From an uncultured Chlamydiae bacterium (lineage in GTDB: Bacteria; Chlamydiota; Chlamydiia; Chlamydiales; Parachlamydiaceae), in contig CAVWGN010000001.1 in the NCBI GenBank assembly GCA_963754655.1, forward strand, positions 736,001 to 800,000: DNA of 64,000 bases, given 5' to 3'. The notes beneath the pieces are model-generated. The model ran no database searches. It was not told the DNA's origin and saw nothing but the letters and a program-made list of their open reading frames with translations. Made by a program: the position numbers and the translations under genes. This document shows, one piece after another, positions 42,778-51,456 of the stretch (its first letter is position 1; each line of letters opens with the position of its first letter).

Positions 42778-44274
42778 ATGAAACTTAAAAAAATTTTAAA
42801 AGATATCCCTGAATGCCAAATCAAAGGATCAAAAGAAATTGAGATTACAGGAATAAGTGCCAATTCAAAGCTCATTGTCCCAGGCAATTTATTCATAGCA
42901 AAAAAAGGTAGAACGTTTGATGGAGGCAATTATATTCCAGAGGCTATCGAGGCAGGCGCATGCGCAGTGGTCACAGACCTTTTTGATCCCTCTTTAAAAC
43001 ATATTGTGCAGGTGATTCATCCTCATATTGCGGCAATTGAAAGCGCTCTTGTGGCTAGCTATTATCAGCATCCTTCTCAAGAATTGTTAATGGTGGGAAT
43101 CACCGGCACAAATGGAAAAACAACAACCTCTTTTCTTATTAAGAATTTATTGGATTGTTTTCATGGTCCTTGCGGACTCATTGGAACTATCGAATACATT
43201 GTAGGAGAGCATCGTTATCAAGCGACTCATACAACACCGGATGTGACCACTAATCATAAAATGCTTCGTGAAATGATCACTCAGAGATGTCGCTCAGCTG
43301 TTATGGAGGTGACATCGCATGCATTAGACCAAGGCCGCGTTGATAAGGTTGACTTTGATATCGCTGTCTTTTCCAATCTGACTTTAGATCACCTCGATTA
43401 CCATGGAAATATGGAAAATTATGGAAACGCAAAAAAAAGACTCTTTGAAAAACTTGGAAGGGAAATAAGCAAAAAGAAGCAAGCGAAATGGGCCATTGTC
43501 AACCAAGATAGTCCTTGGACTCCCCATATGCTGCAAGACTGTGTAGCCAATGTTCTTTCCTATGGCATTGAAAATCATGCAGATTTACAAGCTTCTCATA
43601 TCCATTTAGAAAAGCAAGGTACCCGCGCTAATGTTACCTATCAAGGACAATGTCTCGATTGCTATTGGCCCCTCGTTGGGCGTTTCAATGTGTATAATTG
43701 CTTGGCGGCTATGGCAGTCGCTCTTTCCCAACGTATTCCCTTAGAAATTATTGTCAGTCATCTATCTAGAATGACATCTGTTCCAGGTCGTTTACAAGCC
43801 GTTCCTAATTGTTTGGGTTTGCAAATTTATGTTGATTTTGCCCATTCAGATGATGCATTGCTAAATGTTTTAACTACATTAAAAGAAGTGAAGCCACAAT
43901 CAGGACGTTTGATCGTTGTATTTGGCTGTGGAGGAGATCGAGACCGCAGCAAACGTCCTAAAATGGCAGAAGTTTGTGAAGCACATGCAGATCTCTGCAT
44001 TGTCACTTCGGATAATCCTCGAACAGAAGATCCTCATCAGATTTGTGCAGAAATTATTGCTGGATTCTCCAAGAAAGGAGGATATCAAGTCGAGGTTGAT
44101 CGCAAGACTGCAATTCAACAAGCTATTGAAGTTGCCAACCGAGATGATATGATTTTGATTGCTGGCAAAGGGCATGAGACCTATCAAATTTTTGCTCATA
44201 AAACAATTGAATTTGATGACTATAAAATAGCTGCTGATATGTGCACAAAAGTGACTTCTCACCATAAGAATTAG
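42778..44274 (+). CDS. murE: UDP-MurNAc-tripeptide synthetase (meso-DAP adding)
   Basis: GITGTNGKTT, MEVTSHAL, DHLDYHG, DNPR, AGKGHE. Confidence 0.97.
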   Translation: MKLKKILKDIPECQIKGSKEIEITGISANSKLIVPGNLFIAKKGRTFDGGNYIPEAIEAGACAVVTDLFDPSLKHIVQVIHPHIAAIESALVASYYQHPSQELLMVGITGTNGKTTTSFLIKNLLDCFHGPCGLIGTIEYIVGEHRYQATHTTPDVTTNHKMLREMITQRCRSAVMEVTSHALDQGRVDKVDFDIAVFSNLTLDHLDYHGNMENYGNAKKRLFEKLGREISKKKQAKWAIVNQDSPWTPHMLQDCVANVLSYGIENHADLQASHIHLEKQGTRANVTYQGQCLDCYWPLVGRFNVYNCLAAMAVALSQRIPLEIIVSHLSRMTSVPGRLQAVPNCLGLQIYVDFAHSDDALLNVLTTLKEVKPQSGRLIVVFGCGGDRDRSKRPKMAEVCEAHADLCIVTSDNPRTEDPHQICAEIIAGFSKKGGYQVEVDRKTAIQQAIEVANRDDMILIAGKGHETYQIFAHKTIEFDDYKIAADMCTKVTSHHKN

Positions 44275-44288
44275 ATCAAGGGGCATAC

Positions 44289-45029
44289 ATGTTTTGTCTA
44301 ATGATTCGTTTGTTGAGTCTAATTTATTTAGTCACGAGTTCATGGCTCCAAGCTCAACCTGCTCGTCCTTCTCCGCTCAATTTATCCAAATTGCCGGCCT
44401 CTTTACAAACAGAGAAAGTATCTCGAAATACCACTAAAATTAAACCCCCTTTATTCGTTCAAAAATTTTCTATTGTCATTGATCCTGGGCATGGAGGGCA
44501 TGATATGGGCACTCAATCCATTTCAAAACCGCGCTATCAAGAAAAATCGCTTAACCTTGTAACGGCTAAATTTGTCAGAGACTATTTACAACAATTAGGT
44601 TATCAAGTCTTAATGACTCGCGAGGAGGATAAATTTATCTCGCTCGATCGACGTGCGGAAATGGCCAACGAGCATAAGCCTACTCTCTTTATTAGCATTC
44701 ATTATAATTCAGCTCCCATTGCTGAAGCGCAAGGAATTGAAGTCTTTTTTTATCAATCTAAGGATAGAAAAGAGCGAACGGTCAAATCTAAACATTTGGC
44801 TCAGCTTGTATTGAAAAATATCTTGTTAGAGACTAAGGCTAAGTCTCGCGGCATCAAGCCCGGAAATTTTCTTGTCATTCGACAAACAAAAATGCCGGCG
44901 ATTTTGGTGGAAGGGGGCTTTGTCACTAATGAGGCAGAATTACAAAATCTTAAAGATCCTATTTATCTTAAGCGCTTGGCATGGGGCATTGTCAAAGGCG
45001 TTGAAGAGTATCTCAGCAAATTGAACTAA
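44289..45029 (+). CDS. amiA: N-acetylmuramoyl-L-alanine amidase
   Basis: IDPGHGGHD, EK..NL, FISIHYN, PAILVEGGF. Confidence 0.92.
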   Translation: MFCLMIRLLSLIYLVTSSWLQAQPARPSPLNLSKLPASLQTEKVSRNTTKIKPPLFVQKFSIVIDPGHGGHDMGTQSISKPRYQEKSLNLVTAKFVRDYLQQLGYQVLMTREEDKFISLDRRAEMANEHKPTLFISIHYNSAPIAEAQGIEVFFYQSKDRKERTVKSKHLAQLVLKNILLETKAKSRGIKPGNFLVIRQTKMPAILVEGGFVTNEAELQNLKDPIYLKRLAWGIVKGVEEYLSKLN

Positions 45030-45042
45030 ATGGTTTAAAATG

Positions 45043-45116
45043 CGTCCTCGGCGCGACTCGAACGCGCGACCTGTTGCTTAGGAGGCAACCGCTCTATCCA
45101 CCTGAGCTACGAGAAC
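45043..45116 (-). tRNA. tRNA-Arg(CCT)
   Basis: GTTCTCGTAGCTCAGGTGGATAGAGCGGTTGCCT-CCT-AAGCAACAGGTCGCGCGTTCGAGTCGCGCCGAGGACG folds as a cloverleaf. Confidence 0.95.
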
Positions 45117-45142
45117 TTACAAAAAACCTTCTAGCTGCTTTA

Positions 45143-45450
45143 GGCATGGTTCAATTGAAGGTAACATGTTTATGCCGTCCTTTCAGGACTCGATGTCTTG
45201 TTGATAGAACCCAGGCCTCCGCTTCGCTGCGACCTGGGCTGTAACATGACGGCCCTTCAGGCCTTAACAAGAGATGTTTAAGTCCCTCTTCTATAGTCCC
45301 TAAATCATCTTTTTGTTAAGGCCTGAAGGGCCGTCATGTTACAGCCCAGGTCGCAGCGAAGCGGAGGCCTGGGTTCTATCAACAAGACATCGAGTCCTGA
45401 AAGGACGGCATAAACATGTTACCCAAAATTCACTCTTTTTGAACCATTCC
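45143..45450. mobile_element. Stand-alone shell G containing REP doublet F
   Basis: TIR GGCATGGTTCAA / TTGAACCATTCC; exact 8-bp TSD CTGCTTTA (45135-45142, 45451-45458). Confidence 0.9.
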
Positions 45451-45642
45451 CTGCTTTAGCGCAATTGTCTACTTTTAAGGTTCATTGCAATTATAAACAT
45501 CTACAGAGTTTATACAAAACCAAATTTTTTAAATTAATATTTTAAATGAGCAAGATCACTCTTTATTTTTTTTTTTGATAATTGACACGAAAGATAATAA
45601 ATATTTACTATAAGATAATTTAATTAAATTAGAGGTGATATC

Positions 45643-46455
45643 ATGATTCCAACAATTTCCAATACGTTAGGGGGTTTGTGTCAACATTCAATTTATTCTT
45701 CTTTAGTGACGCACTGTTATAGCAAAACAATTTCGCTATTAAGCCCATCGAGTTCTCAAGCTATTCATATCATTCAAGCCCACGCTAAACGCATCCATGT
45801 TGCTGCTTTAGTCATATTTGGAGCTCTTATGGTTGCCTGTTGTTTGTTTTTTAGCTATCGAGTGATAATGAGTAAACAAGCATCGCCTTCTACGACTCTT
45901 ACAACAGAGTTCTCAGCAGCTAAACAAGAATTATTAGAGAATAGAAGAATGTTGGAAAAAGAAAGCGTTGATCTTGAACACGCTTGCGCGGCTAAGATTT
46001 TTCTTATTCTTATTCATGACACACAGTGTTTAACAAAGACTCATATAATCACTAACATTCCTCATCAGATTTGGACTCATAAACAAATAAAAAATGATCT
46101 CATAACACAAATCGATTCTCTTGTGGATGAATTACAAAATGAGCTTGAATTTCATGATCAGCATAAAACAGAGTTTAGAATTGGCATTTTGTTTAAAGAT
46201 GCTCCTGAAGATCCTATGGTGGATGAATTGCTAAAAAATGAAGACATTCCAATAGAGATAAAAAATCAATACACCTCTCCACAGACTTTTTCAAGGATTA
46301 TAGGCGAAGTCACAACCTATAAAGGAAAACGATCGAATGCGAGTTCTGAATTTGCAAATCGAGTCACGCTTACGGATCAAATTCAACAAGATTTTTGTGA
46401 TGCCCTAAGCATCCCTTTTCATCCGCAAATCGATGCAAGCGGTCAATTCGTTTGA
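45643..46455 (+). CDS. Hypothetical single-TM protein (candidate effector)
   Basis: 270 aa, GAGGTG RBS, Ser/Thr-rich N-terminus, TM at about 51-72. Confidence 0.75.
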   Translation: MIPTISNTLGGLCQHSIYSSLVTHCYSKTISLLSPSSSQAIHIIQAHAKRIHVAALVIFGALMVACCLFFSYRVIMSKQASPSTTLTTEFSAAKQELLENRRMLEKESVDLEHACAAKIFLILIHDTQCLTKTHIITNIPHQIWTHKQIKNDLITQIDSLVDELQNELEFHDQHKTEFRIGILFKDAPEDPMVDELLKNEDIPIEIKNQYTSPQTFSRIIGEVTTYKGKRSNASSEFANRVTLTDQIQQDFCDALSIPFHPQIDASGQFV

Positions 46456-46566
46456 TCATGCTATTGCCTTGCAGTTAAAAATTCTTAAAAGTAAAAATTA
46501 TAAAACGTTTTATTAAATTTTCCCTTCATGTTATGAAACAATATTTCATAAAGAGAGGAGAGTTTC

Positions 46567-48012
46567 ATGAGCTTATGGCGTACGAAGTCTATTGAACTTC
46601 TTGAAGAAGAAGCGAATAGTGGAAACCAAAAGTTGAAACGCTCTCTTGGAGCTTTTAGTTTGGTTTTGTTGGGAATTGGAGCCATTATTGGAGCTGGTTT
46701 ATTCTCGATCACTGGCATTGCTGCTGCCCAGAACGCAGGTCCAGCGATTATCATTTCATTTATTCTTGCTTCCATAGGGTGCGCTTTTGCGGGGTTATGT
46801 TTTAGCGAATTATCCTCTATGATTCCAGTTGCCGGAGGAGCCTATTCTTATACTTATGCGACATTAGGAGAATTTATTGCTTGGATTGTAGGCTGGGCGC
46901 TCATTTTGGAATATGCAGCAGGCGCAGCGACTGTAGCCATCAGTTGGTCTGCTTATGTTGTTTCTTTTCTGCATGGATTCCATCTTGATTTGCCACCAGC
47001 TTTAATTGCTTCTCCATGGCAATCCACTCACTTACCAGATGGAACTCAAGTTTATGGGTGGATAAATTTGCCCGCTTTACTCATTGTTGCTTTAATGTCT
47101 CTTTTACTCATTGTGGGTATTGATAAATCAGCAAAGGTCAATGCAGTTTTAGTCGCCATTAAAGTTGCTGTCGTTCTCTTATTCATTGCCGTGGGCTTTG
47201 GTTATACGCAAGAAGCTAATTACACTCCTTTTATTCCAGAAAATACAGGAGTTTTCGGTGAATATGGTTGGAGCGGCATTGTCCGTGCAGCAGGCATTGT
47301 TTTTTTTGCTTATATTGGATTTGACGCCGTATCAACTGCTGCTCAAGAAGTTAAAAATCCTCAACGCGATCTTCCTATTGGAATTATTGGATCGCTTCTC
47401 ATTTGTACGCTCTTATATGTATTATTTGCATATATTATGGTTGGGGTGATTCCTTTTAACCAACTCAATGTAGCGGCTCCAGTAGCTGCAGCCATCAATA
47501 AAACGCCTTTTTTATGGTTGAATGGTTTAATTAAACTTGCAATTGTTGCGGGCTTGACTTCTGTTGTTTTGGTTATGCTTTTAGGGCAATCGCGCATCTT
47601 TTTTACCATGTCAAAAGATGGCCTTCTACCTCCTTTATTTTCCATTGTTCACCCCCGTTTTCATACTCCATGGATAGCGAATCTGATTTTGATGGTGATG
47701 GTTGGGTCCTTTGCCGCCTTTGCCCCTTTATCCTTGGTTGGACATCTTACAAGCATTGGAACTCTATTAGCTTTTGCCATTGTATGTGCAAGTGTCATTG
47801 TCTTACGTAAGACACATCCCCATTTACCACGGCCTTTTAGGACACCATTCGTTCCTTGGACTCCGCTGTTAGGAATATTAATTTGCTTTGTCTTAATGTT
47901 TTCTTTGGGTTGGGCGACGTGGGCGAGATTAAGTATATGGATCATCATAGGCCTGTGTGTTTATTTCTTGTACGGTAAATGGAATAGCCATCTTGCTAAA
48001 TATGATGTTTGA
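46567..48012 (+). CDS. APC-family amino acid permease
   Basis: LGIGAIIGAGLF, GGAYSYTY, FFAYIGFDAVSTAAQE, RPFRTP. Confidence 0.93.
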   Translation: MSLWRTKSIELLEEEANSGNQKLKRSLGAFSLVLLGIGAIIGAGLFSITGIAAAQNAGPAIIISFILASIGCAFAGLCFSELSSMIPVAGGAYSYTYATLGEFIAWIVGWALILEYAAGAATVAISWSAYVVSFLHGFHLDLPPALIASPWQSTHLPDGTQVYGWINLPALLIVALMSLLLIVGIDKSAKVNAVLVAIKVAVVLLFIAVGFGYTQEANYTPFIPENTGVFGEYGWSGIVRAAGIVFFAYIGFDAVSTAAQEVKNPQRDLPIGIIGSLLICTLLYVLFAYIMVGVIPFNQLNVAAPVAAAINKTPFLWLNGLIKLAIVAGLTSVVLVMLLGQSRIFFTMSKDGLLPPLFSIVHPRFHTPWIANLILMVMVGSFAAFAPLSLVGHLTSIGTLLAFAIVCASVIVLRKTHPHLPRPFRTPFVPWTPLLGILICFVLMFSLGWATWARLSIWIIIGLCVYFLYGKWNSHLAKYDV

Positions 48013-48087
48013 ATACTCTATTTTAAATAGGGGTTTTTGATTAATTGAAAAATCGATTGCTAGCATATGAAATAGTAAAACAGTATG

Positions 48088-48253
48088 CTAGTACTCAACC
48101 ACACTAGTTTTGTGTATTTAGATTGCTTGAAAGCTCCCGCGGTTGAATTGGCGTAAGTGGGTCAATATTAGCAATATGGACCCACTTACGCCAATTCAAC
48201 CCCGGGGCTTTGAAGCAATCTAAATACACAAAACTAGTGTGGTTGAGTACTAG
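48088..48253. mobile_element. Shell E with short palindromic insert H (GGTTGAATTGGCGTAAGTGGGTC)
   Basis: 166-bp palindrome with CTAG ends. Confidence 0.85.
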
Positions 48254-48683
48254 TAATCAGTTAAACTAGTTTTTGCCTATTGGGACTGCTTCAAAGCCCT
48301 GGGTTGGGATGAGATGATTCTCTTGTAGTCCTTCAGACTACATGACGATGGACAATCTAACCCAGGGCGATGCCCTGGGCTATTTTATTTGAAGCCTTTC
48401 AGGCTCTGAACATGGGACATCTTTTTGTTAACCGTCTTTAAAATGATTGTGGAGTATGTACCATTTAATAGGCATGGTCCTACAATCGTTATAGAAGGAG
48501 GTCTTCCAAAAAAGGCCCAATGTTCAGAGCCTGAAAGGCTTCAAATAAAAATAGCCCAGGGCATCGCCCTGGGTTAGGATTATCCCTCGTCATGTAGTCT
48601 GAAGGACTACAAGAGTATCATCTCATCCCAACCCGGGGCTTTGAAGCAGTCCCAATAGGCAAAAACTAATGTGGTTAAGTACT
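48254..48683. mobile_element. Shell E containing REP doublet C
   Basis: TAGTTTTTGCCTATTGGGACTGCTTCAAAGCCC...GGGCTTTGAAGCAGTCCCAATAGGCAAAAACTA around an intact C. Confidence 0.9.
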
Positions 48684-48714
48684 CGTCTAGTCAACTTACG
48701 TTTAAGGTACACAT

Positions 48715-50163
48715 ATGTCTGAAGCAGATATTGGTTTAATTGGTTTAGCTGTAATGGGACAAAATTTAGTCCTCAATATGAATGATCATGGCTACACGGT
48801 AGCTGTCTATAACCGTACAGTATCAAAAGTGGATGATTTCTTAGCAGGTCCAGCGCGGGGAACGCGTGTCATTGGCACGCATTCCCTTGAAGAGTTCATT
48901 TATAAACTCAAACGACCTCGTCGTATCATGCTCATGGTAAAAGCAGGAGATCCGGTTGATGAATTTATCGATTTATGTGTTCCTTTTTTACAACCAGGTG
49001 ACATTATCATTGATGGGGGAAACAGTTTATTTACTGATACCAATCGGCGCTGTCGTGCCTTAAAAGAAAAAGGTCTTCTCTTTATTGGAGCAGGAATATC
49101 AGGAGGAGAAGAAGGAGCGCGATATGGTCCTTCTATTATGCCAGGAGGGGACGCTGAGGCTTGGCCTTATGTGAAAGATATTTTTCAAGGAATTAGCGCT
49201 AAAGTAGAAGGAGAACCTTGTTGTGACTGGGTGGGGCCAGAGGGAGCAGGTCATTATGTCAAAATGGTACATAATGGCATTGAATATGGCGATATGCAGC
49301 TCATTGGAGAGGCTTATTTTATGCTTAAAGAAGCTTTACATGTGAGAGCGGAAGATTTGCATCGTATCTTTGCGGAATGGAATCAAGGAGATTTAAATAG
49401 CTATCTCATTGAAATCACTTCGAAAATTTTTGAAGTCAAAGATGAAGAGGGTGCACTTTTATTAGATAAAATTTTAGATGTAGCAGGGCAGAAGGGGACA
49501 GGAAAATGGACTGTGATCAATGCTCTTGATCTCGGTATGCCTTTGACATTAATTTCAGAGGCTGTTTTTGCTCGCTGTTTATCTACTATGAAAGATCAAC
49601 GTGTAGCAGCAAGTTTTCTGCTCAAGGGGCCTGATGCCAAATTTGAAGGAGATCGCACTGCGTTTATTCATGCCATTCGCCAGGCTCTTTATTCTTCTAA
49701 AATTATCAGCTATGCTCAAGGATTTATGTTGATGCAGCAAGCTGCTGCAGATTATCATTGGCAGCTTAATTATGGCGCCATTGCTCTTATGTGGCGTGGG
49801 GGTTGTATTATTCGCAGTCAATTCTTAGGCAAAATTAAGGAAGCTTTTACTCATAATCCGAATTTAAAAAGTCTTTTATTAGATGACTATTTCTTGAAAG
49901 AACTGCAAGAAAGGCAATCTGGATGGCGACAAGTTGTTGCTAAAGCAGCAGAATTGGGCATTGCAACTCCTTGCTTCAGCACCGCCTTAGCTTTCTATGA
50001 TGGTTATCGTTCGGCGCAACTTCCCGCTAATCTACTACAAGCACAGCGCGATTTCTTTGGGGCACACACCTATGAACGCATTGATAAGCCAAGAGGGCAA
50101 TTTTTCCATAGCAATTGGACGGGAACTGGAGGCAACGTAAGTTCAGGATCTTATAATGCTTAA
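48715..50163 (+). CDS. gnd: 6-phosphogluconate dehydrogenase, decarboxylating
   Basis: IGLIGLAVMGQNL, YVKMVHNGIEYGDMQ, QAQRDFFGAHTY. Confidence 0.97.
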   Translation: MSEADIGLIGLAVMGQNLVLNMNDHGYTVAVYNRTVSKVDDFLAGPARGTRVIGTHSLEEFIYKLKRPRRIMLMVKAGDPVDEFIDLCVPFLQPGDIIIDGGNSLFTDTNRRCRALKEKGLLFIGAGISGGEEGARYGPSIMPGGDAEAWPYVKDIFQGISAKVEGEPCCDWVGPEGAGHYVKMVHNGIEYGDMQLIGEAYFMLKEALHVRAEDLHRIFAEWNQGDLNSYLIEITSKIFEVKDEEGALLLDKILDVAGQKGTGKWTVINALDLGMPLTLISEAVFARCLSTMKDQRVAASFLLKGPDAKFEGDRTAFIHAIRQALYSSKIISYAQGFMLMQQAAADYHWQLNYGAIALMWRGGCIIRSQFLGKIKEAFTHNPNLKSLLLDDYFLKELQERQSGWRQVVAKAAELGIATPCFSTALAFYDGYRSAQLPANLLQAQRDFFGAHTYERIDKPRGQFFHSNWTGTGGNVSSGSYNA

Positions 50164-50327
50164 TTTTTGCTTCATTATTTCCTCTGCTGGGAAAGAAAAA
50201 AATTAATTATTGATTTCACTTTTAAAAAATACTTTACTTTGTTAAAGATGATTTAAGTCTAGGCGTTCTGTAAGGCAGGACATCCGCTACGACAAAACAA
50301 CAAATTTTTTAACCCAATTGAAATGAC

Positions 50328-51116
50328 ATGTATAAGATTAAATCATTTTATTCCCTAGTGTTAACTAGTGCGTTTATATTACTATCCCTGCCTTTATTGG
50401 CTTGGGACTCTTCCAATTCGTTTAACTCTTCCAATTCCTTTAACTCTTGTGATTCTTGTGAGTCCTGTGATTCTTGTGACTCATCTTGGGGGATTACAGC
50501 CGAAGCAAGAGTGGCTTACTACCACCCTTCATCCAAAAGGGTAAGACGTATCTATGGCGATGGATGGGCAGATTATCAGTTTGAACTTTCTAAATCCTTT
50601 AAAGGGTTTGGCGGTGTGTTTGGAGGTGTGTTTGGAGGTGATGAATGCGGTTGCGCTGGCGAAGATGGCTTGGAATGGCGCATTTGGGCGGGTGTCAACG
50701 GATTTTCCAGAAAAGGGGACTCCATTGGTTTTCATGATCGCACGCGATTGCAGTTGATTCCTGTCAACTTTGGACTCAAAATCTTTTATCCTCTATTTTG
50801 CAACGTTAAGGCTTTTATTGGTGGAGCAGCATGCTATAGCTTTTTGCGTATTCACGATGATTCTGACTATGTGCATAGACACGTACGCAAAGAAGCATGG
50901 GGCGGACTCTTCCAATCGGGTTTAACTTACAATTTTTGCGATTGGGGTGTTGTGAGTGTATTTTTTGATTACTTCTTTCAGCGCTTCCATTTTCATGATA
51001 CAGATTATGGTTCCTTTTATGGATCCAGCTATTATCATGAGAGCCGTTATATTGAGCGCTATGACTTGAATATGAATGGTTATAAGGTTGGTGTGGGTCT
51101 TGGAGTGACATTTTAA
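50328..51116 (+). CDS. Outer membrane beta-barrel protein with Cys/Ser-rich N-terminal repeats
   Basis: Signal peptide, SCD/SCE repeats, alternating aromatic strands, C-terminal VGVGLGVTF. Confidence 0.8.
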   Translation: MYKIKSFYSLVLTSAFILLSLPLLAWDSSNSFNSSNSFNSCDSCESCDSCDSSWGITAEARVAYYHPSSKRVRRIYGDGWADYQFELSKSFKGFGGVFGGVFGGDECGCAGEDGLEWRIWAGVNGFSRKGDSIGFHDRTRLQLIPVNFGLKIFYPLFCNVKAFIGGAACYSFLRIHDDSDYVHRHVRKEAWGGLFQSGLTYNFCDWGVVSVFFDYFFQRFHFHDTDYGSFYGSSYYHESRYIERYDLNMNGYKVGVGLGVTF

Positions 51117-51456
51117 AACAGCGAGATAGTTGATTAAGTTATTTTTTAAAAATGCTTAGTCTATTACTTGTTTTAATCTTACTGATTTGCTTGACTGGAG
51201 AACTAACAGCTGCTCCAACTGCTCCGCCTTCAACTTGAACGCAATTGTTCCTGCTCACCTCTGCTCATGCTAGGGTGGGTTTGGTTTCCAAAGGATTAAA
51301 GGATGGCCAAGAATTAAAACTCGATATAAAAAAAGGCAATTCATATTTAAGCAGAGTGATAGCGGCTTGTATATGTTTCTGGTTTCCATGTATTGAGGTA
51401 ATCTTTTCCAGACCCGCCCTATAGTATTGACTGTTAAGAAATAGTTAAGGATTATT

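Noticed and set aside
45043..45450. tRNA-anchored integrative element or prophage
   Set aside because: No integrase and no duplicated tRNA 3' end; the adjacent element lies 5' of the tRNA and has its own TSD
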